From Kudoa neothunni (lineage: Eukaryota; Animalia; Cnidaria), in contig OZ199840.1 of the NCBI GenBank assembly GCA_964304625.1, positions 2,654,787 to 2,718,786 of the forward strand: DNA of 64,000 nt. Reading direction: 5' to 3'. Position 1 is the first letter of the stretch. Each line of letters begins with the position of its first letter. Positions 1 to 12,295 of the stretch are shown piece after piece. Position numbers and translations under genes: made by a program. The notes below the pieces were generated by a model. It saw only the letters and a program-made list of their open reading frames with translations, did no database searches and was not told the DNA's origin.

Positions 1-999
1 CTTTAGAGCAAAATTTTTTATACGAACAAAAATATTATGAGCTGTACATTAAACAATTTTTTTGTAATTTAATGCGTTTTTGATAAATCTAACTATGAAA
101 TTTAAAAAAATAATTATATGAATTAGGGGATGAACGATTTTAACAAAAATTACGAGTTTTGATTCTCTTTTTTCGAATTAAAAAAATTTTAAATTCGATA
201 ACACTAACAATATATCTTGATAAATATAGTGCTATTCAGAAGCTTGACAGGTCTTAAGTAATTAAAATTTTCTATCAGATATTATTTAAATTAAGATGCG
301 CTCAAATATATTAAAAAATTTTGTTTCTATCAATTTTTAATAATGTAGATAAAGTTAAAGTTAGTAAACAAAATAATAATTATTAAATATGATGATAGTT
401 TTTTAATTTAGGTAAAATTTGAATGGTTGGCGTTTTAAAGAATATTTTGACATAAACTATAAAGATGTAAATAAACATTTACGCAATGAGAGTCCAAATT
501 ATTATAAGAAAAATATTGTCTTTATCCTAGACTGAGACAAAGATGAGAACAATTGTTGCACTTTTTAAATCAATAACATTTTTGGGAGTAAAACTTAAGA
601 AATCTTCCAGGTATATACTAACAAGAATCGTCGAAGAAATATATTTTTCTGCAGTATTAAAATTATATGTAATCTTATTAGTACACATTTTACTAATTAT
701 ACAGTTGTTATATAAATAATTAAATATATCTTATGATTTCTGAAATATACAAAAACCAAAACAAAACCTTCGCGATGTTTCATTTTCCTAAGAGGTCGCA
801 ACAAATGTTTTCATGTTTTTTGTTTCACTCGATAAGGATAAAAAATTATTGTATGAATTGGCCGGAAATATGAATTTAACTTCTTTATTTACTGGCGATT
901 GGTTTCTAGAAGTTGTTTTTAAATTTAAAAATTGTTATACAACATTTTTCAAATTCTACAACACGTTGAGTTGATTCCTACAACGAGGGATCATGACCA

Positions 1000-1350
1000 A
1001 TGTCACCATGTTATGGCATTTTTTTAATTTAATATAATGGATCATCATGTGTTTCGATCTTATTAATGAAAGAAAAAGGTATAAATTAACATAAAATCCT
1101 TTTTATGGTGCTAAAGTTTCATTATGGAAAATATTTTTCATGATGTATTTGAAATTAATGGCATGTTAATGAAAAACAAAAATATCGTCAAGAAAAATCA
1201 TATGTGGATGGAAAAACCACATAAGAGAAATCTATATGGAATATTTCATTCATCAGAGATACCCTATTGATGGTGTTGATGTGATTGAGAAAATAAACGA
1301 ATCTCAAGTTAGTAAACGAAAATATCATCGCGGGAGGGTCCTCGTAAACT
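1000..1350 (+). mobile_element. Merlin (IS1595/ISXO2-like) transposase relic, truncated
   Basis: 1208-1350 translates WKNHIREIYMEYFIHQRYPIDGVDVIEKINESQVSKRKYHRGRVLVN, a decayed GGxGxxVEIDESKFGKRKYHRGR Merlin motif. It stops just before a TA-CAGTAGAACC pogo-type end at 1357. The 5' limit is approximate. Confidence 0.6.
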
Positions 1351-1627
1351 AGAATACAGTAGAACCTGGATATTACGTAGTTTCACAAGTTCATTGAAAT
1401 ATAAAGGATATTTTAAATTTTTTAATCAAAATTTGCTCCTATATTATTTAAATTAATGTGAACTGAGCGAGAGAAGATAAAAAGTTTTTATTCAAGAAGT
1501 ATAAATTAAAGTTAGTGTGCTAAAACTAAAATCTCGCTACTGCGTAACATTTTGTTCAGTTTAATCCTCAATTAATCTTCTTTTTGAATTCTGCGAAACA
1601 AAAATGGTAAGGAATCAGCGAACAGTG

Positions 1628-1822
1628 GTTGAAAAAAAGATGGAGATTGCACGTGTGTCCGACAGCGTTCGGATGAAAAATTATTAAAATTTAGAAGTTA
1701 TTATTTTTAGCTGAATTTTCGCTCTCCATATTCTTTTATTTTATCATGGAAAACGATGAAAAAAGAAATTCGAAAATATTCGCAAGAGGGTGTTTTTAGA
1801 TGCCGCATACTTTATCATTACC
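1628..1822. repeat. Inverted copy of the subterminal region (9995-10263) of the downstream hAT element
   Basis: 1628-1785 is a near-identical reverse complement of about 10106-10263 (GTTGAAAAAAAAGATGGAGATTGCACGTGTGTCCGACAGC...). CCGCATACTTTA at 1803 also matches the reverse complement of TAAAGTATGCGG near 10004-10015. Confidence 0.85.
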
Positions 1823-2267
1823 AACAAAATCTTAGATATGAGATTTATATTAAATTTGAAGCGAAGAAAAATATGAGGAATTGAATATAAACAATTACGA
1901 TCTTCACCTTGATTTACTGGAATTTTTGAAGTATGTTACCTCATGTCATAATTTCATATTTTAGTATCAAATAAAAACTTGATATCAGTGTTTTTTTCAA
2001 AGATAATTCAATTAATTCAGGAAACAGAACCCTGCTATATTAAGTTAAGCTATAATCAAATCTGTCTAAATATTTTTTAGAATGACAAAAATACTTTCAA
2101 AGCCTAATTTTATAAGTCTACTAATTAGAAGTGAATTTTTTAAGTGGCTAAGTTAAGTTTGTTCAGTTTGCTTTTGAGATCATGAAAAATAACACATAAT
2201 AAGGAGGAGTGAATTAAATTTATTCCAGTAGTGTCTTACTTTTAATATTATTAGTATAAACTACTAA

Positions 2268-3995
2268 TTTTCTAAGATTTTCCTCGTCTGAGTTTTCCGA
2301 ATAAATGAGCGGATTATCGTAAACCTGGTTGAATTTTTCCTTTTTCTTGGATGTACAGTTGAATTTCTGGTTGATAATCTTCTGAGTCACTATTCAGTTC
2401 ATAACATATTGAGTGGTTTTTCGAAGGTTCCGGGCTCTTTGGTATTAATTCTAAATTTTTTTTAATGTTTGTTACAAGCAAAGATTTACCATCAAATTTG
2501 TTAGTTTAAAGAGGTAATTTGGTTCAGCCATGCCAGGCAAAAGCGACTCAACGTGGTTTATCACAAAATTTAATTCTTTATTTCGCAAACTCACACTCAA
2601 CAAATTTTTTTAAATTTTGGTGGAGAAAAGCTGCGATCTTATGGTTGGTTAATATCAATACATTTTGTGTATTTTTCGTCCAATAAACTTTCCAAATGCT
2701 AACAATAATCGCTCATAAGAATTTCATGTTGCGTTTGAATCATTGCTTTGATACAATAAAATATTAAAAACACTTAACGATAACATAAAAAACGAAACTT
2801 AAGCGAATTACAAAATGTGACGATGGCCTATTCACCTACTCCAAAAGATCAAAGAAATCGGAAAATATTTTGAAAAATTTAACTACCACAACACATTCGT
2901 TCTTGTCTAGTCCATCAAAGTATTTTTTAACTGGATGATATTCTAGCACACCCTCCAAACTATCGAAACATGCCACTAACGTCCTATATTGATCGCTGAG
3001 ACCTCTCCATGGTCGCATAGCTGAGCCCCATTGTATTTTCATTGGTAATTTGAACTGTAAATCTGCCTTTTTATGAACAGTTCCGCACAGTTTGTCAACA
3101 TTCATCCTTTGTATGGATAAATCGGATGTGCTGTTTGTACTGAGATCCCAATCTACACATATTGAAAAAATCGAAATTAGATATTATAGCGAAAGTAAAA
3201 TTTATTTATAAACTCAATAGTGATAAAAACATGTAATCAATATATTAAAATACATAAAATACCTTGAGGTATAATAATGTGAAGGTGGTGAGCAGCACAT
3301 CTGGTTGTGTTGAACTCTCTTAGACCTGATAGATTGCTTGCTGTGGAGTCACAAATAATTCTTAGATCAGATTTGCTACGTGAAAATATAGTACAAAATT
3401 CTGTGCAGATTTTTTTTATGTTTTCCGAAATGTTTTTACAGGAAAATAGATCATGTCATATTGAAAATGTTGAAGGGTAAAATTTTTAACAAATAACACT
3501 GATATATCAATGAATGAATTGATTTTAGCATTATCAGTCCAAATATCAACGGTTAGGCATATACATACTATTGTGAATGATTGTTTTAATTAATTTTTCC
3601 ATTTTTAAATACATGCGCTCATACTCATTCATAATTATTTGTTTAACGCATTTTCCGGATAAAATCTTAAGCCTACCACTAAGTTCATTGAACTTTTTGC
3701 CTAAGTTAAATGCAAAGTTTATCATCCTTATAAATGGGGAGATTGTTTCAGCTACTAAATTAGAAATTTTAGTGTCAAACATTAACTGATCTGATACGCT
3801 TAACATAACAATGGAGGGAGGTGAAACAATAAAATCAATTTGGAATGTTTCATCCTCGCCTTTAGTAAAGATCGAACAGAATTTGACCCATTCTTTGGAA
3901 CGCGTTGTAGATTTTTACCAAGAGAAAAGTCTATCAGCTTTCAAAGCCTCTTCAACACTTCCCACACTCCAGTTTGACATAATATAACTAAAAAG
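2268..3995 (-). mobile_element. hAT transposase pseudogene, copy 1
   Basis: Direct-repeat homologue of about 10950-12210. The minus strand gives hAT-like segments (ETISPF; ICDSTASNL...RCAAHHLHII; RPWRG) broken by stops and frameshifts. Confidence 0.75.
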
Positions 3996-5128
3996 TCATC
4001 CTCTACATTCTGAAATAATCTTTATCCTACTTTCTACATCAGTAAGTGTGACTTTTCTCATTATGGCGTAAGCTGGAAACGAGTTATCTTGACGACGCGA
4101 CTTAGCATCACATTCATGAACTTATGAATAAACTTTTTTATATTTTACAGATGGCACTTCATTTCTTTTATAAGAAATATCCGAATTAACACTATTTTGC
4201 AGTGCTATGTCCAGAGTTGAATGACCTATAAATACTCACACGAAAATTATAACTGACGTAATAACCACATGGATTAAATTTCTTATTTTTCGTGCTCTAC
4301 TCTCCTAATTTTCTTCCTTGATTTATAAAATTCTATAATAGCTAGCACTTAGACTATAGTTAATTGCTTCCTAACCATCCCAAGACCCCGCTATAACCAG
4401 TCACCAACCTCATAAAAACCTAGTAATATGATGGAACTTCGCTATAACCATGTATTTCAAAGTTAGAGGGTAACTTTTTTGAACGGAACGTTTAGTTTAA
4501 GTTAATCTTAATTTTTAATAAAATAAAAAATTAATTATTCAATTTGATATTGAAAAACCAGGATATTTTGCGGTCTTTTTATATTGTGCAGAAAAATATT
4601 GTCTCATCTAATGTACATTCAAAGTATTGAACGGTAGGTGCCTACGGAATACTATAATAAGTCGTGTGAGTTTTAAAAGTTATATAATTATTATTTTAAA
4701 ATATATTCAATAAATTATTACAACGGTCTTCAATAAGTTTTATCATTTTAATTTAACGCGATGTCTATTGGTCCGTTTCATGGCCAATAACCACTACCTT
4801 GAATTAATGTGGTTGAATATTTTTTTTATTTACATTTCTCATATTACTAAAAATTATTCCATAAAAATGGTTATCTATTGTATTCAATTTATTCAGAATA
4901 TTGAATATAATGTGTTTTTTCATGTTTAATACCGAATTATCTCAAATTATAAACCGCTTATATTAAGATTGATTTAACTTGAATATAAAACTATCGTAGA
5001 ATGAATATACGACAACGATTTATTCAATCATTTAGTAGAAAACAGATTTTTGATTATAAATTAGAAACCTCGTTTGAGCCCTTTAATAATTCGAATAAAT
5101 ACGACTTGATTTTCATCGAATTAAAAAA

Positions 5129-6478
5129 ATGAAAACTCTTCTTTCGTCTATCATATTTTACAATTTATTGTATATTCATCAATTTAAAAGTAATTTTATA
5201 TTAAACATATCAAAGCTAACAATGTCTAAGGACTAGTGTACGATGATTATAGTCTGGATAATGGGGTTTGTCCTTATGAAGCTCGTCAAACTAATATGCG
5301 TACCTGCACTCCATTTGTCAGATGGTACATACGAAATTCTGACCGACAATGCGTACAGTTTGACTACAAAGGGTTTGGTGGAAACTTTAACAATTTTGCA
5401 ACAGAAAAACAATGCATAGATCATTGTATTTTCATTAAAACTCCCTTTTCGCTAAGATTTACATTAGATACTATTACTCCAAATGATAAAGTAAAGGGTT
5501 GCGATGAAACAGCAGAAATATCAGGATCTTGTGGGCCTACTAAGGGAGAACAAAAATGGTCCTACCATAGAATCGATAGAGAATGTAAACAATTTACATA
5601 TAGAAGTTGTGGAACAAGCAATAACGTATACGACTCTAAACAAGAGTGTGAAGGATATTGTAAAAGTATCATTTTATTTGATTTCTTAATAACTATCGGT
5701 ATTGAAAATATTAGAGAAGCCTCAAGATGTTAACAAGTACGACTGTCAAGTCAAACCAAAAGTAGACTCTAACAAGCCCTCTACAGGAATTATAGCTGAT
5801 ATGAGACTTCGCCGATGCGTGTACTCAGCAGTTGAATACTATAGTATTGGGAAGCATTTAGTATATGACAATGAAGATATAGAACATATCCCTAGGAAAC
5901 GTGGGATATTCAAATCATTCCAGGAATGCGTGAATACATGCTATCGTAACTCTGTAAAACAAGTGTATCTAATCATTTTTAATAAATAGCCAACGAAGAC
6001 GATAAAATTCCAGCTTGCAAAAAAACCAACCCTTATATATTTCCTAAGTCAGATTCCAGTTGGACTATAAGCGACGTAGTAGTTACCTATTACTTTAATA
6101 AGAATGACAAAAAATGCCACCGAATGGAGAGTTGGCCTGGTGATTTTAATCCTGAAAATAATATTTTTGGATCTAAGGAATTGTGTTTGAGTTACTGTGG
6201 AGGTATTACTTATTCAATTCTATTCGAAACTGACATAATTTGAAGGAAATAACGAAAAATTGGAAACGGCTGAAGAGGTATGCTTGTTGGACGTTGCTTC
6301 AGTTTACGACAAGAATAAAGAGAAAGAGGTTGGAAATTTGAATATTATTAGATACTACTATTCCCGAAATACCAAACAATGTGTAGAATTTCATTATGGA
6401 GGTGTTGGAGGAAATGGGAACAACTTTCTGTCTAAGGAAGTTTGTGAAAAAGTTTGCGGGGATCAAAACAACTACTAA
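5129..6478 (+). CDS. Multi-Kunitz (BPTI-type) protein with five Kunitz domains, probably secreted; spliced
   Basis: ATG at 5129 opens MKTLLSSIIFYNLLYIH. Phase-1 GT-AG introns lie at 5190-5230, about 5666-5714, 5947-5989 and 6203-6245, plus a candidate at 5426-5467. Domains show the Kunitz pattern C...YY...C..F.YGG.GGN.NNF....C...C. TAA at 6476-6478. Confidence 0.88.
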
Positions 6479-6732
6479 ATTCGAAGATGATTTTTTAAAA
6501 TATTTACATCATACAAAGTAGATATTAGTATATGATGAAACTTATTTTTTATTTTATTTCTCTTATTTGTTGATTTCTAAAGGCTCTAATTCAAATAATA
6601 TTTAGTATATTTAGGTTACAAGCACAATAACATATAATTCAAATTTTAACTACCATTTAATAAGCCTACCAACCTTCTTGATTATTGAGATAATAAACTA
6701 ATATGACAATATATCATTCTATTATATACGTA

Positions 6733-7690
6733 CAGCAAGTTCTCGATATAAGTATATAAGTAGCTAGTATTTTTTGAAATTCCTTTACTCAACATTGCAA
6801 ATTTTCGACGTAGATAATACTTTAATTTCACATTATAAAAATATAAAAAAGTAACATTAATTTGATATAATTTAGGTTATATTCAAGGTTCTGCCAAGGG
6901 GAAGTAATTAATTCAATTTTTAATCCGATTGACTCCAATTAATTACAAATTCGTACGTTTAACATGATAAGAGAAGAAGTAAATTTTGATAAAATAGTTA
7001 AATAAATCTAAAATTTCTATTAATGACTCTAGAGTGGTATAGAATATCACATATTCTGTTACTGTGAGTTTTTTTCAAATTAGTATAGGTTATTCTTCTC
7101 TGAAAAGAATTTTGTCGAATAAATCTGATAAAATGAGCTCCAATATTGCTAATAACATCAAAATTACGAAAAATATTCTGGTGGTATTATAATTAAAAGT
7201 TTCGGTTGAAGCACAGCTTGGCTCGAACATTATAAGAATCGCTTTTGTTTTTAATGTTCATTATCCTTGGAAAAGCACGATAGTTGACGATAAATTGTTA
7301 AAATTAGTCAAACAAACTATGTGACGAAATAGGTAGATATGAAAAGAAAACGTATTATACCTTATCGAATAAGCTTGTTTTATGAACAATACACTCAATG
7401 AATATATTTGATAAAGAGTGAATAATATTAAAAGAAAATCAAAAAACCTGTCGTCGATTTACAGACTATTTAATTTAAAGGGAAAAATTCCACATATAAT
7501 GTCCGTGGTAAGTTTAAAGGACCCTGTTTAAAAGGAATTAATAATTTATCTGTTAAGTATTACGATCCAAAAAATTGTTGGACATCTTCAAGTATCTTTT
7601 TGATATGTTAAAAAATCTCAATCAAAAGATTCCAACGGAAAAGGGATATCCCTTTTACTATTAGATCGATATCATTCACATTCATAATTA
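6733..7690 (+). mobile_element. pogo/Tigger-like element relic
   Basis: TA-CAGCAAGTTCTCGATATAAG terminus. Decayed LFYEQ (about 7375) and LLLD...SH (about 7655) segments resemble DDE_1 transposase motifs. Confidence 0.4.
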
Positions 7691-7776
7691 AATATTAATA
7701 ATAACAGAATAGGTCATTTTTCGTTAAAAAACTCTAAAAATTTATTAAGTTGCGTGTGCGCCAATAATCGATATTG

Positions 7777-7830
7777 CAGGGGTTCCCAACTGGGGGTGCG
7801 AACTTTGGTCTCAGGGTATGCGAGATCCGA
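7777..7830 (+). mobile_element. hAT-type terminal sequence (Charlie/SPIN-like)
   Basis: CAGGGGTTCCCAACTGGGGGTGCG is a typical hAT terminus; no partner end was found. Similar orphan termini occur at 12435 (CAGTGTTTCCC) and 47312-47339 (reverse CAGTGGTGACCAAACCGTGGCTC). Confidence 0.45.
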
Positions 7831-8970
7831 TCAAAATTAAAATATTTTTTTACAATTTTACTTTGGAGAAATTATTTATTTTTTGATTTTTATGTCATAA
7901 GATATTATGAATTCAGAGTTATATTTTTAGTCTGATCAGTTTTCATTTATTATAATGCAAAAATATATGAAAAATCAAAGTTAATTTACAAAATGAGTGA
8001 ATAAAAAATTTTCTTTAAGTAAATGCATCACTTTAACGCGAGGGATATGTGGATAGATTAAATACAAACCCATTTGTAGGACCTGGAAATTATTGATTTT
8101 TAGAACAAAATCAATTATTAATTAATTGCAATTATTGAAATTTTTCTACAAATATTTTTCATTCTCAAATAATTTAAATCCCGTTAAAGTGTTGTCTAAA
8201 ACGTTATTTTTGACCTCTGGGATCTTTAAACGTCGAATTCTGACCCAGCTCGGGAACCGTTTGCACCACAAACTTTTTATGAGATAAAAGATAGAAAAAG
8301 TATGAAAATTAATTGATATAGCTAAAAATCGTTTCAATATTAACATAAATAATTTATATAATTAGATGAAATAAGAATACAAACACCTGTATTGAATTTA
8401 GGTTGTGTCTATTTTGCCGGACGCGCTTTTTCTCTTAAAATAATAACTCAATCGCTACAATTTTTTCTAAAAAATATCTTTTATAAATGCAGAATATAAA
8501 TTTAGTTTCATTAATTCAGTGACGAATTTTAACATAGCTAATTTGTATCCATAATATCCAAATGAAAATACAGTAAAGTAAAACTATTTGGCCAATTCGT
8601 ATTTTAAATAATAAATGTTTGAAATACACCCTTTGGTCTACCTCTCAATTTCACTACTGTTGGCAGCTTAATTCCTATAATTTTATGAATTTAGCAAAAT
8701 GGACAAAAGATACATACCCTCCAAAGATGGATTTTTAGTTGGGATTGAAATCTCTTGATTGTTTCCGATGACAGATTCAGACATTAACTTGAACTAAATG
8801 AAGTTGATATATGAATAGTGGAAAAAATAGTCACCTTATCCAGAGAATCCTCATTGGAAATAAGAGAGATTAATTCACCTAAAATCTTTTTTAATGAGTC
8901 ATATTGACCCCCTGTTTTTTCAGACAGACCCTAACGAAGCTATTTTCTTACAAAGAATTTCTAGCTCCCT

Positions 8971-9280
8971 TTATCGCTTAAAAGCAGAATTTGGAACGGG
9001 GCACTGACTCGAAATTTCTGTAATACTTGGTTGCACACAACACAAAGGATTTTGAAGATATAAATTCACATTCATTATTTTTCTAGCGTAAATAATATGC
9101 CTACATGGTAACTCCATACTTACGTAGAAACAACACGTACAACTATTGGGATCAGGATTGGCACAGGATTCGATATGATTATTTATTTCATCCTGCATAA
9201 TATTATACGCATATGAAGTTAACAATGTTTTGTATCGTTCGTTAATGTCCGAATTTAATTTCTCAACTTTCGAAATATTT
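8971..9280 (-). mobile_element. MULE/Mutator transposase fragment (SWIM zinc finger)
   Basis: LTSYAYNIMQDEI...SCTCCFYVSMELPCRHI fits the CxC...LPCxH SWIM motif of MULE/FAR1-type transposases. Confidence 0.7.
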
Positions 9281-9381
9281 CAGATCACGACTACCTATTA
9301 TGGAATATGATTTCACACCTACTGACAGTATCTTTGATTTAGTTAAACATCAATATAGGTATAACAACCTAAATTTATATA

Positions 9382-9765
9382 TTGCTGCAAAAGGATGACC
9401 AAATTTCAGATATTAAGAATGGTTCTATCATCGAGGTCCCCTTTGCATGCACAAAAAAACAACGCCACTATGATTTCCTATGGTTTCATGAGAACGATAG
9501 GTTGTTTGAATTGGGTTATCATGTCATCATTCCCAGAAAATACATTATACTAAATCCTAATTATACTTTTGACGGTCGTCAAAAATTGATCAATGAAGTG
9601 TTTTTCAATCCAACTAGAAATAATAATCATTATAATACAATCATAAAATTTAAAAACTTATATTTCCCACCCATAAATGATGAAGATGATTGTGATGTAA
9701 GTGACATCGACGAAAGTATTGAAAATTCTTCGGGAATCTATTGTATCCTATCAAAAGACGAATAA
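9382..9765 (+). CDS. Orphan ORF of unknown function, possibly TE-borne or a pseudogene
   Basis: 127 open codons in very AT-rich DNA, with an acidic C-terminus (DEDDCDVSDIDES). No family recognised, and the ORF has no ATG start. Confidence 0.3.
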   Translation: MLQKDDQISDIKNGSIIEVPFACTKKQRHYDFLWFHENDRLFELGYHVIIPRKYIILNPNYTFDGRQKLINEVFFNPTRNNNHYNTIIKFKNLYFPPINDEDDCDVSDIDESIENSSGIYCILSKDE

Positions 9766-9883
9766 AAGTGGTACAGAACTCCCACAAGAATTGAACAGAG
9801 AGTAGCACAGGAAAGTATATATAAGGGGAAACCAGAATTTTCAAATGAAGCAAAACTTTTAGTACAGACTCCATTGAGTGCTA

Positions 9884-12295
9884 TAGTAATCAGACAATGC
9901 CCATTTGTGTGTTCGTTCGTATGATGAGCGAGCGAGCGAACTTTTCTTCATAATTATAAACACGAACGAAATCATTCGTGCATTTCGTGTGCGATGATGG
10001 TGGTAAAGTATGCGGTGTTGCGGACGAGGCTCAAACCTAAAAGTGGCGAGACCTTCCTTATTACTTAACTTTGGATCATAGCGGTGGCGCACGATTACGC
10101 GCTATTGTGAATGTTTTTCGAATTTCTTTTTTCATCATTTTCCACGATAAAATAAAAGAATATGGAGAGCGAAAATTCAGCTAAAAATAATAACTTCTAA
10201 ATTTTAATAATTTTTCATCCGAAAGCTGTCGGACACACGTGCAATCTCCATCTTTTTTTCAACAAACGTTGAATTTGTTTCTGTTTCTCTCTTAGTTATT
10301 AACTCAATAGCTATTTATTATTACTATTCAGATTTTTTACTATTGATATATAACAATTTTATATGAACTAACTTTAATAATTAACTTATTGCGTGCTCCT
10401 CAAAAAGATCTCATTTTTCACTATAATGAAAATGCTTTTTGAATTTTAAAAATTCGATATCGATGTCGTACAATTTTTTTTAGTTTATAATTTTTTTAGT
10501 TTAATTTTTTATTAGAAATTAAGAATTTATTAAATTTTTATTATTAAATTTCAGAAACCTAATTTTTTAAAATGACAATACAAAACTGTTTTACCTCGCA
10601 GTATCTGTAATATATTGGAAAAAAAATATTAAGCTATATTTTTATCGTTTTTTAAGTTTTTGTATATGTCAAAATTTAGTAACAATCAAATTTGCCAAAC
10701 ATACTAATTGAGAATATTACTATGTATAAACTTAACATCTTAATTATGGTTATTACTTTGATCAGCATACATCTAATTGACTAAAACGAATAAACGTATA
10801 GAAATAACAATATTTTTACATTTATCGAATGTTATACTAAACACACACGTAAGAATTCCTCTAATAAAGTAATAACTTCATATAATCAACCTTTAATTGT
10901 TTACCTATTGAAATTAAATGTTTATCTAAAATATAGTGTTCATTTATTTTTATAAGATTTTCTTCGTCTGAAATTTCCCAATAAATGAGCAGATTTTCGA
11001 AGGTTTCGGGCTCTTTGGGATTAATTATAAATTTTTTTAAATGTTTGTTACAAGCAAAGATTTACCATCAAATTTGTTAGTTTAAAGAGGTAATTTGATC
11101 CATCCATGTCAGGAAAAAGCGATTCAACGTAATTTATCACAAAATTTAATCCTTTATTTCGCAATGACTCACACTCAATAAATTTGAATTTTTCGTCCAA
11201 TAAACTCTCCAAACGCATACAATAATCACCCATAAGAGTTTCACGTTGCTTTTGAATCATTACTTTGATAATATAAAAAACGAAACTTAAACGAATTACA
11301 AAATGTGACGATGATCTCTTCACTTGCTCCAACTGATCAAAGGAATCGGAAAATATTTTGAAAAATTCGTACTTGTCCAACCCATCAAAGTATTTTTTAG
11401 CTGAATGATATTCTAGCACACCCTCCAAACTATCGAAACATGCCACTAACGTCCTATATTGATCGCTGAGACCTCTCCATGGTCGCATAGCTGAGCCCTA
11501 TTGTATTTTCATTGGTAATTTGAACTGTAAATCTGCCGTTTTATGAACAGACCCGTACAGTTTGTCAACATTCATCCTTTGTATGGATAAATCGGATGTG
11601 CTGTTTGTACTGAGATCGCAAGCTACACATAATAAACAAATCGAAATTAGATATTATAGCGAAAGTAAAATTTATTTATAAACTCATTCATAATTTGTTT
11701 AACGCATTCCCTGAATAAAATCTTAAGCCTAGCACTAGGTTCATTGAATTTTTTTCCTAAGTTAAATGCAAAGTTTATCATCTTTATAAACGATACACTT
11801 TCTGTTATTGTAAACGGAGAGATTGTTTCAGCTACAAAATTAGCAATTTTAGAGTCAAACATTACCTGATCTGATACTCATAAATTAACAATGGAGGGAG
11901 ATGAAACAAATAATTCATTAATTTTTATATTTATATTTGTTTTAGCATGTAACTTATTATGACTAATAAGTTTCCAATTCCCGTAAGACGACTTATGCGG
12001 GAATGCTTTGTTGCACTTTGTTGCACTTTGTGCAAACAATAAAATCAATTTGGGATGTTTCATCCCCATCTTTAATAAAGATGGAACAGAAATTGTACCA
12101 TTCTTTAAAACGAGTTGTAGGTTGTAGATTTTTTCCAAGAAAAAAGTCTACCAGCGTTCAAAGCCTATTCAACATTTTCCACACTCCAGTTTGACATAAT
12201 GTAACTAAAAGAGGACACGAACACGAACAAAACCATATTAAAAACATGTGCATGTGCACGAAGAACGAACGAATGAATGAGAATTGTCTGATCTA
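9884..12295 (-). mobile_element. hAT element copy 2, internally deleted, with BED zinc finger and imperfect TIRs
   Basis: Ends TAGTAATCAGACAAT (9884) and ATTGTCTGATCTA (12295), with inverted subterminal GTTCGTTCGT/ACGAACGAA repeats. The minus strand encodes WYNF...VCTKCNK...GNWKLISHNKLH (BED finger, disrupted by a 10-bp tandem duplication near 12007-12030). No clear 8-bp TSD. Confidence 0.75.
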
